NCBI GenBank assembly: GCA_001275005.1
Contig: JWZX01002690.1
Location: forward strand, 1-35,340
From: Chrysochromulina tobinii
Taxonomy: Eukaryota
Length of the DNA stretch: 35,340 bases
Direction: 5' to 3'
Within the stretch, counting starts at the first letter, position 1. Every line of letters starts with the position of its first letter. The notes under the pieces are model-generated. The model did no database searches. It had not been told where the DNA came from and worked only from the letters and a program-made list of their open reading frames with translations. Both the position numbers and the translations under genes were made by a program. Below, piece by piece: positions 9,677 through 17,492 of the stretch.

Positions 9677-12600
9677 CTAGACGGCGACGGCGGCCTTGCG
9701 CGCGCGCACAAACTCCTCGAACTTTGCGCACGTGGCGAGAAAGTCGCCCGCGTGCGCCTCAGTATCGGCGATCACGGCGTCCCCGTCGACAATCTTGATG
9801 CGCATGTCGAGGTCGACGCGCGTGCATGCGGGGGTGATGGCCTTGGCCGCCGCGGCGGCTTCATATGCGGCGCGCTCCTCGGCAATCAGAGCCTCGACGT
9901 CCTGCACGAGCGCCACCAGCCATCAGAAAAAATCATCATTCTCAATTGGGGATCATCAGCGGCAATGAGCGCACCTGCTCGAGGAGGGACTTGTGATGAG
10001 GGACACACTCACGTGCAAGCAGAGGCAATCAGCACACCTGCTCGAGCATCGCCACCCACGCGTCTCCGGAGAGAGGCTTGCCAGTGAGCCGCTCGACCAG
10101 CCCTAAGAAAGGTTCCGAATTCCCGGGCCTCCAGTAGGCCTCGCGCAGCGTCGGGCCGATCTTGGGGTTGTCGACGAGTGCGCCGTCGCGTTCCGACAAA
10201 AAGGCGCGCGTCTGGTGAACGGCCATCTCGGCGAGCACGTACCCGTGGTAATAGCAGCTCGCTTCGTCAGAGAGCAGGTGGGGCACTGAGAGCAGCGGCC
10301 GGCCGCCGAGCCCGCCCTGGATCTCCTTCTCTACCTTATCGGCGAGGGCGAGCACCGACTGCGCGCTCAGCACGTCCTCCGGCATCTCATACCTGATGGG
10401 AGGAGGCAATCAAAGGGCCATCAGCCGCAATCAGCGGTCCATAGAAGCACTATCTGCAAGTACAGTGCCTTCTCAAAGTAGGGCCATCAGAGGTCATCAG
10501 AGGTCATCAGAGGTCATCAGAGGTCATCAGAGGCACTATCCTGCAAGTACAGTGCCTTCTCGAAGTAGGGCCATCAGAGGTCATCAGAGGTCATCAGAGG
10601 CACTATCTGCTCGTACAGTGCCTTCTCAAAGTAGGGCCATCAGAGGTCATCAGAGGTCATCAGAGGTCATCAGAGGTCATCAGAGGCACTATCTGCTCGT
10701 ACAGTGCCTTCTCAAAGTAGGGCCATCAAAGGTCATCAGAGGTCATCAGAGGTCATCAGAGGTCATCAGAGGCACTATCTGCTCGTACAGTGCCTTCTCA
10801 AAGTAGGGCACAGCGATCATGCCGCGCAGCGTGAGCACTTCGTACGGGTGCTTGGCGCGAACGTCCTCCTCGTGCAACTCGAAGGGGAGGGGCACGCCCT
10901 CGCGGCTGACGGCGTACCTGATGAGGGACGTCATCACACATGATGAGGCAGGCCATCAGAGCTCAGTAGGATGAGGCAGGCCATCAGGGCTGATGAGGCA
11001 GGCCATCAGAGCTCAGTAGGATGAGGATGGCGTACCCGGCGAGGGACGTCATCAGAGGCAATCAGAGGCCATCCACGCACTTGCACCGCCACGCCGCGTC
11101 GCCCACGAGGGAGTCGAGGAACATGGACTGCAGCTCGGCGTATGCGACCGAGGTGGGGGCGCGCTCTTGCGAGAAGAGAGGTGAGCGCTGACGGATATTG
11201 GCAAAGTGCGCCGCGTGCCCGGCCTCGTGCATCAGGGTCGTCAGGGCGGTGTGGCCGGAGCCGATCGCCGAAGGGTCCGCAAGGGAGGTAAAGTGGGTCA
11301 CTGTGGGCTGCCACGATCCGTCCGCGCGCACCTGTGGGGAAGGAGGTGAGGCGTCGTGGTGAGCACTTGCATGCTGGCTCACTGCGGGCTGCCTCGATCC
11401 GTCAGCGCGCACCCACGCAGGCTGCGGCCAGTGGCAGAAGCCGTTGGAGTACTTGCCCTTACGATCGAGCAGGTCGAGCGACATGCTCGCGCCTTCGTAG
11501 GAAATGCCGAGCGCCGAGAAGGAGCGTCCCCACTGTTCGATGGCCTTCTCGAAGGGGAAGTACGGATCGAGCTTCTTGGTGATGTCACCTGTGGGGACAG
11601 AGAGGGGGCGCCGTGGTGAGCACTCGCTTGCTGGGCGACGCAGGGAAAAGTACGGATTGAGCTTCTTGGTGGTCACCCGCCATCATGTACGCCGAGTTCC
11701 ACGGCTCCAGCGCCATCTCGCCCTTCTCCTTCGCGAGCCGTGCGCGCGCTGCCTGCATGAGAGGGCGCGTGCCCTTCTCGAGGGTATCCAGGATTTCGAA
11801 GAGGGCCGCCTTTCCAAACCCCTCGGCCTGCGTGACCTTGTAGTCGTAGTAGTCCACGTACCCGAGGGACTTAGCCATGCGATTGCGCGCCTGGACGAGA
11901 TCGACGCACCCGCTCAGAGGCAATCAAACGCACTCAAAATCAATCAGAGGCACTCCGATGCGCGCCTTGACGAGATCGACGAACCCGTTCGCCGTTACGA
12001 AGTCGCCGATGGTGCGCACGCCATCGTAGCATGCCTTGCGTGTACCTGATGAGGAAGGCAATCAGAGGCCATCAGAGGCAATCAGATGGTGCGCACGCCA
12101 TTGTAGCATGCCTTGGTGCATACCCTCCGCGGAATCGACCCTGATGGGGAAAGGTAAGCAGAGGCAACTAGCCTTGGCGCGCACCTTCCACCGGCTCGAC
12201 CCGCATCTTGTTGCGCAGACCCACGGACGAGAGCTCGACGAAGGAGCCGTCGATGGTCGCGCCGAGTTTCATCTTGTTGCGGGCGGCCTCGAGCGTCCCC
12301 TCGATCTTCATGCACTGCTCGCGCAGCACGAGCCCTTCAGGGTTCTCCATTATGTAACAGCCGAATGTGCGCTCGAACATCTTCAGTGTCTTGCGCTCGT
12401 CGTCCGTCAGGTCCGACGAGGCGAGGTACTCGCGCGTCTGCGCGAGCTTCTCCTTGGACGCGAGGAACGCCTGTGGCGGCGAGACTCGAGCGCGGCCGAC
12501 TCGCATGAGACTCGCATGCGACGCGTGCGCGCCAGTGTGGGTGAGTCTGAGCCGTACGACCTCCATCTCAGCCTTGGTGCGCGTGAGCTCCGGGACGGAG

Positions 12601-12890
12601 TACGCTTCACCGCCGAGCGCCATCTTCGTCCCCCAGAACTGAAGCTCGAAGGACTTGTGGACCTTCTCGTACTCGGTGTTGATCGTTTCAATGAAGGTGG
12701 TCGCGGCCGACATGGCAGAGGGGCTGTAAGACGGAGAATCGAGGCGCAGCGTGAGAGAGCGCAGCAACGGACGGCTGAGTTTGCGAAAGCTGCGCCACGA
12801 TTCGAACCGTGCCGAATACCGTGCTCTCTTCGAGGACATGCTCGCTGCGGAGAGGATCGCGGGAAAGACGCTTGACGCGTACAAGCGCAT
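9677..12890 (-). CDS. M3-family zinc metallopeptidase (oligopeptidase-like), 9 exons
   Basis: HEAGH (HExxH) plus downstream AELQSMFLD, and motifs DLLDRKGKYSNGFCHW and YYHGYVLAEM. Exons: 12713 (or 12890)-12561, 12470-12185, 12045-11966, 11890-11677, 11588-11413, 11331-11081, 10917-10789, 10392-10038, 9901-9677. This gives 622 aa from ATG 12713; the upstream ATG at 12890 would add 59 aa, possibly a targeting peptide. Confidence 0.88.
9902..10037 (-). other. M3 peptidase intron 8 (136 nt) with an internal CAG|GT junction at 9975/9974
   Basis: CTCGAGCAG|GTGTGC at 10037, a second CTCGAGCAG|GTGCGC at 9974, and acceptor GTGCAG|GAC at 9902. Confidence 0.75.
10393..10788 (-). repeat. M3 peptidase intron 7 (396 nt): array of exon-end/donor copies interleaved with (CATCAGAGGT)n
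   Basis: On the + strand, the unit gcactatctgc(tc/aa)gtacagtgccttctcaaagtagggc occurs 5 times, separated by 5, 3, 5 and 5 copies of the 10-mer. Splicing CT|GTACGA...ATCAG|G gives EKALYEMPED. Confidence 0.85.
10918..11080 (-). other. M3 peptidase intron 6 (163 nt), built of CTGATGGCC/CCTCATC repeats
   Basis: AA|GTGCGT...CCTCATCAG|GTAC. Splicing gives DAAWRCKYAVSR. Confidence 0.75.
11332..11412 (-). other. M3 peptidase intron 5 (81 nt, in frame): ~38-nt copy of the next exon plus acceptor cassette
   Basis: The ORF shows duplicated peptide VRADGSRQPAVS...VRADGSWQPTVT. Boundaries are TGG|GTGCGC and CCCCACAG|GTG. Confidence 0.8.
11589..11676 (-). other. M3 peptidase intron 4 (88 nt): ~33-nt copy of the next exon plus acceptor cassette
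   Basis: The intron starts GTGACCACCAAGAAGCTCAATCCGTACTT and the exon starts GTGACATCACCAAGAAGCTCGATCCGTACTT. The intron ends CCCCACAG. Confidence 0.8.
11891..11965 (-). other. M3 peptidase intron 3 (75 nt), GC-AG, flanked by duplicated exon sequence
   Basis: GTCGATCTCGTCAAG|GCGCGCA ... GTCGATCTCGTCCAG|GCGCGCA. The intron contains an in-frame stop, and splicing gives GFVDLVKARNRMAK. Confidence 0.7.
12046..12184 (-). other. M3 peptidase intron 2 (139 nt), compound
   Basis: GAAG|GTGCGC...CCTCATCAG|GTACAC. It contains an internal acceptor-like site (12141), a donor-like site (12123) and a copy of the next exon. Confidence 0.75.
12471..12560 (-). other. M3 peptidase intron 1 (90 nt, in frame), no obvious exon duplication
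   Basis: GAG|GTCGTA...CCACAG|GCG. Splicing gives KAEMEAFLASK. Confidence 0.6.
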
Positions 12891-13256
12891 CGATCGCGCG
12901 ATTCGTCGAGGTTCGTCAAAGTTTTTTTCAAGCGTCGATGCGCGAGTGCGCCCTCGACCCCGACTCTGGGCTACGCTTGCTTTCGCCTTCGATGCCCTGG
13001 AAACCGGCCAACGCTCAGTCACATAGCCACATCGCCACGATAGCCCCACACATCATGGCACACACCGCGGCTGCCCGCCTTCACATGCCCTGAATGAGAA
13101 TCGCTCGCCCTTGCAAGCTCGCCCGTGAATACGCGCTCCATAAGGGCGCTCCATAAGGTGCGAGACGGCCAGCACGTACCAGCACACAACCACCGTCCCC
13201 TCACATCTCTGATTCTGCGCCTTCCCCTCCCACGTTCGGCACGCGCCGCGACCTCC

Positions 13257-15398
13257 TCAGGCAGTGCCGAGCGTCGTGCCGAGCGGCACGCCCCCGTAGC
13301 TCGTCTGGCGAGGGCTCGAGGGTGCGAGGTACTCGGCAAACGCCGAGCCGCCGGTCGAATCCGCACCCGCCGCGCCGATGCGGGCTCGGTCCGCTGACGG
13401 AAGGCTCTCGGCAAGGGCGAGTCCCGCACGGGAACGGAGCGATGCGAGCGCTGCGCCCGGCACGTACATCTTGGCCGTCGCCTCGGCGTCCGCGCCGTGG
13501 GTGGTGTTGTCAAAGTTGAGCCGCGTGGCCACGGGTGGTTTCGTCTCGTGTTTCGTCAATGTGGCGGCGGCGGCGGTGGCGGCCGCCGGTGTCGCGCCCG
13601 CACTGTCCGCAGCCTCGGTGGATGAGCCTGTGGGAGTGTTCACCTTGGCGCCGGTGGGCGTGAGAGAGCTCATGTACGAGGACGGTGGCGGCGGCGGCAG
13701 CGACGAGTGCGAGGCGACAGCGGCGGCGACGGCGGCGGCGGAGGAGGAGCTCGACGATAGAGAGGAAGAGGAGGACGAGGAGGTGGACGAGGTGTAGGGC
13801 GAGGTGTAGGACGAGGGCACAGGCAGCTTAGACGGAGGCGAGCTGGTCGCGCCACCCATGCCCGCCATCGGAGCCCTGGACGGGAGCATCGGGCGGAAGC
13901 TAGGCGGGCGGGCGTGTAATGATCCGAGCAAGGGGCGCCCGCCCGCCTGCGCCTCATTGAGCTCGTGGTTGAGGAACTGGATGACTTCCTGATTGGAGCG
14001 CAGGAGGGTATGCGCCTCTGTGAGCTGCGCCTTGCATGCGCTCGTGCGCTCCTCGGCGCGGTCCTTGTCCGCACGCAGCTCGGCCGCGGCCGCGCGAAGC
14101 TCAGCCATCGCCTTGGTCGCCACGTCGAGCTCCGTCTGCTTGGCGGCGCAAAGCTCACCCTGCTGCAGAAGCTGCTGCGCCTTGAGCTTCAGCTTGGCCT
14201 TTAGCTCGCGCGAGTCACCCTGGAGCTTGGCGATGATGCTATTCCCCTTGGTGATCTCCTGCGCCGAGAGCCGCAACTGCTCTTGCAGCCGCGAGTGACC
14301 CTCCTTGTACATCGCGAGGGAATCCTCAAGTTGCCTCTTGGACTCGGCCGCAGCCTCACGAGCACAGCCCATCTGAGCGAGGAGCGTCTCCTTGTCGGAG
14401 GCGGCCTGGCTCGCCGCGGCGAGCTCGACGTCGCGCGCGCTCAGCGCCTTCTCGAGCGCGTGCACCCGCGCGCTCAGCCGCGCATTCTCCTCGCGCAGCC
14501 CCGTCGCCTCCTGACGAAGCAGCCCCACCTCCTGCTCCGCCCCCTGAAGCCTGCTCGCCGTCTCGCGTTGGCGCAGCGAGAGCTCGTGCGTGCTGCTCGT
14601 GAGCTCGCCCACGCGCGCGCGCGCCTCGGCCTCCGAGCGGCGCAGCTCGCGGAGCTCCGCCTCGCTCCGATCGAGAAGCCTCTGCCGTGCCTCCTCCGAC
14701 GCCGACGCCTGCTCCTGCTGCGCCGCCACGGCCGCCTCCCTGCTGGCGTTGAGCAGCCCTGCGTGCCGCACGTCACGCTCGTGCAGCTCGCGCGCGTGCT
14801 CGTCGCCGATGTTGCGAAGCTGCTCGGCCTGCGAGGCCGCGCGCTCCGCCGTCGCCTGCAGCTGCGCCGTACGCTCGCGCAGCTCTTCGCTCGTTGTGAG
14901 CAGCTGCGCCTTGTACTCAGTCACGCGGCCCGCGAGATAGCGCTTGATGGCCGCGTCATTGCCAGCGACGAAGCGCAGTGCGAGGTGCGCAAGCTGCCGG
15001 AATGGGTTCGTCTCGGTGATCGTCAGCATCGGCTGGCCACTCTGCGTCGAGAGCACCGCGACAAAGCGCGGGTGGTCCTCAGCGGCGCTGCTCTGGCACT
15101 GGCGCAGCAGCTCGATCACCTTGGAGGGGAAGGTGAGAAAGTCGACGAGGATATTCTGCTCCGTCTTGAGTGAGTGGAAGTCATCCTCCGAGATCTCGAG
15201 CGTGTACAGCAGGAAGGCATCGCTCTCATCCGTTAGCTGCACCCGCAGCACTTTTTGGTTGCGAGGCTGCCCGGTGCTGTGCGTGATCGCGACCGTGAGC
15301 GAGCTCGAGCGGTCCTCGCGGTCGGCGCTCTTTAGGATGACCGGGACTGCCCCGTGGAAGATGTCCTCGTGCTCCTGCCACTCGCAGGTTGCGGGCAT
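13257..15398 (-). CDS. SAS6: Spindle assembly abnormal protein 6 (centriole/basal body cartwheel protein)
   Basis: Head-domain motifs LRVQLTDESDAFLLYTLEISEDDFHSLKTEQNILVDF..FP and ETNPFRQLAHLAL, followed by a long coiled coil and a Ser/Pro-rich tail. First ATG is at 15398. Confidence 0.92.
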   Translation of the reverse strand: MPATCEWQEHEDIFHGAVPVILKSADREDRSSSLTVAITHSTGQPRNQKVLRVQLTDESDAFLLYTLEISEDDFHSLKTEQNILVDFLTFPSKVIELLRQCQSSAAEDHPRFVAVLSTQSGQPMLTITETNPFRQLAHLALRFVAGNDAAIKRYLAGRVTEYKAQLLTTSEELRERTAQLQATAERAASQAEQLRNIGDEHARELHERDVRHAGLLNASREAAVAAQQEQASASEEARQRLLDRSEAELRELRRSEAEARARVGELTSSTHELSLRQRETASRLQGAEQEVGLLRQEATGLREENARLSARVHALEKALSARDVELAAASQAASDKETLLAQMGCAREAAAESKRQLEDSLAMYKEGHSRLQEQLRLSAQEITKGNSIIAKLQGDSRELKAKLKLKAQQLLQQGELCAAKQTELDVATKAMAELRAAAAELRADKDRAEERTSACKAQLTEAHTLLRSNQEVIQFLNHELNEAQAGGRPLLGSLHARPPSFRPMLPSRAPMAGMGGATSSPPSKLPVPSSYTSPYTSSTSSSSSSSLSSSSSSAAAVAAAVASHSSLPPPPPSSYMSSLTPTGAKVNTPTGSSTEAADSAGATPAAATAAAATLTKHETKPPVATRLNFDNTTHGADAEATAKMYVPGAALASLRSRAGLALAESLPSADRARIGAAGADSTGGSAFAEYLAPSSPRQTSYGGVPLGTTLGTA

Positions 15399-15458
15399 TG
15401 TCGCGGCGAGCGCGCGTCGCTTTCGCGCGCCTTTCCTTCCCCTATGCAAGAGTTATGC

Positions 15459-15487
15459 AAGTCAAGTCAAGTCAGTCAAGTCGAGTC
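15459..15487. repeat. Degenerate (AAGTC)n microsatellite just upstream of SAS6
   Basis: aagtcaagtcaagtcagtcaagtcgagtc read directly. Confidence 0.75.
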
Positions 15488-15676
15488 CCCTTACACACTC
15501 GAGAGGGCGGTGTGAACTTTTTCTTTTCTTTTCTAAATAGATTCTCAGAAGCTTTTCGCCCCCGCCGGCACACCATTGCACCATGCCATCAGCAGACATG
15601 TACCGGGTACAGTAGATGTCAGTTTTACTTGGTCGTCGAAGGATTTCGTGCAGGTGGACCTACAAAGTGCATTGAT

Positions 15677-16717
15677 CTAGTCCTTTTCAAACTCAATGCG
15701 AAAGAACTTCACTGTGATGAAGTTGGACAGCCTGCCGATGGCGTTGCCAAAGAGGGGGATGCCAGTTAACAAGTAAACGGATACAAAGAGCAGCTCGGCA
15801 TCGTCTACTGAGCCCGGCGGAGTTTGGCCACACGAGGAGATCGAAAAAAATGCAAAGTATAACGCGTCCACCCAGTTCCATTGATTGTACAGGATCTCGA
15901 AGAGGGTTCCCAACAAGAGAATGAAGAATACCACGAGGAATGGCGCCACGACGTCGTACAGGAACCTGAGTGCCTGCTTGAAGCTTGATTCGTCTGAGTC
16001 CAGCGCCTTCGTGGAGAGCTCCTTAGCCACCTGCAAACATGAGATGCTTGGCGACGGGGTAAGAGCGCAACGGGCGAATCGCAAACGTGTAGCATGCATC
16101 AGCGCGCGTTCGCGGCACAGTGACAAAGGTACCTCTGTCGCCTTGTTGCTCAAGCGCGCCATGAAGATAGCGAGGGCCGAAGTGATGAACAAGATCATCA
16201 CAAGGCCGTGGAGAATCGTAAAAAGCTTCCACAACTCGTTGCGCTCTGTGAATAAGCCATAGCCGACATGGAAGCCCATGAGCACAGAATAGAACAAGCC
16301 GGCCGCCCAAGTTGGCTCCTTGCACGCCGCCGGGTTGCGAAAGTTCGTGAGCGCACCGGGTGGTTGCGGACAAAAGTCGGCAAGAGCAAAGTACTTGTAG
16401 ATGGATGTCGTGATGAAGAGCCAAGCGACGAAGGCCGCGAGCCAGATTCGCCAAGCCAAGTCTTGGCGTCGCTGGCGCTCGCGCTCAACCACGTGTCGCA
16501 GACCCACGCGAAGCGGAGATTTATACGGGGCTGGAGGCATGTGGGGGGCAACAAGTGGTGTGCTCTCTGTCGGCGGCAATGTTGCTCCTGACCATGTGGC
16601 GACCGGAGCTGCAGGTGCCTCCGCCTGCAAGGCAGCTGCTGTAACGGCTTCTGGAATGAGAGCGGGAGCCTCCATATCCAGAGGAGCTGATGCCACGGCT
16701 GATGCTGAGGCCTGCAT
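15677..16717 (-). CDS. Two-pore-domain (4TM/2P) potassium-channel-like protein; probable in-frame intron at 16132-16031
   Basis: TM-P-TM pattern occurs twice, with pore helices GLFYSVLMGFHVGYG and WNWVDALYFAFFSISSCG and the motif YLLTGIPLFG. The intron is GAG|GTACCT...TTGCAG|GTG (102 nt). Confidence 0.75.
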   Translation of the reverse strand: MQASASAVASAPLDMEAPALIPEAVTAAALQAEAPAAPVATWSGATLPPTESTPLVAPHMPPAPYKSPLRVGLRHVVERERQRRQDLAWRIWLAAFVAWLFITTSIYKYFALADFCPQPPGALTNFRNPAACKEPTWAAGLFYSVLMGFHVGYGLFTERNELWKLFTILHGLVMILFITSALAIFMARLSNKATEVPLSLCRERALMHATRLRFARCALTPSPSISCLQVAKELSTKALDSDESSFKQALRFLYDVVAPFLVVFFILLLGTLFEILYNQWNWVDALYFAFFSISSCGQTPPGSVDDAELLFVSVYLLTGIPLFGNAIGRLSNFITVKFFRIEFEKD

Positions 16718-17267
16718 GTCCTTCCCCAGGGCAGCCCCCGCGCACCACGTGCTCCTGGGTGCCCGTGGATGCGCGAGCGCAGCGCAAGGCTAAATTAGGG
16801 AAGTGGTGTCGGTTTCTGGTTTCGGGGTTGGGTTGTGTACGTGCCTTTGCGATGTTACAACTGTGCGGAGTAAACTGTAATTAGTGTTGTAATCCGTTTT
16901 TTCATTTTCTGCTTGCGCGCCGGCGCGGGGGCCGAGATGGCGGGACGGACGGAGCCGACTCCAGCGCGCACAGCGGGACGCCGCGAGGAACCATCGTCGA
17001 ACTCCATCGTCGGCCTTTGATGGCGACCCCGGGCTTGCCGCGGGCTATTGAGTGCCCAGCCTCTGCGGGCCTCTGGGCCCTCGGACAGCACGGTCACGCT
17101 GTTCGTTTTTACACCGTCCGAACACGCTGGGTCGCTGTCCCACCTTAAAAGCTCTCGAAATGACCGATCAGCCGGCAGCGCGGTTCCACATAACCGAACC
17201 GACATTCGATGTGCCTCTCGGCTACCTTCGGCAGCCACAGCCCTACGACGGGCGCCTGGCGCATGTG

Positions 17268-17373
17268 CTGGGAGCATGGCGGCCGCCGCACTCACGGGCG
17301 CCCCACTGCCCACGACGGCGCTCACGGGCGCTCCACTGCCCACGACGGCGCCACTGGGAGCATGGCGGCCGCC
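17268..17373. repeat. Two 30-bp tandem units bracketed by a 20-bp direct repeat
   Basis: ctcacgggcgc(c/t)ccactgcccacgacggcg occurs twice (17291-17350). ctgggagcatggcggccgcc occurs at 17268 and 17354. Confidence 0.75.
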
Positions 17374-17492
17374 ACCGCCAGGTGATGGTAGTGCACGGGA
17401 GGGCGTGCCACGCCCGCCCACGCGCATAGTAACTGGTGCATGCTGGCCCCCTCGGCCGCGTCCTCGGGGGGCGGAGGTGAGACCTCCCCGCT

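Noticed and set aside
10447..10810. CRISPR-like repeat/spacer appearance
   Set aside because: The apparent spacers are all the same 10-mer microsatellite and the repeat is a copy of the peptidase exon end. No cas genes are present and the context is eukaryotic.
10396..10943. ORFs with RGHQRSSEVI repeats
   Set aside because: These are translations of the intronic microsatellite on the non-coding strand.
9677..12890. M3 peptidase as a frameshifted pseudogene
   Set aside because: Every break is bounded by plausible splice sites, and the joined exons give an intact 622-aa frame with the catalytic motifs.
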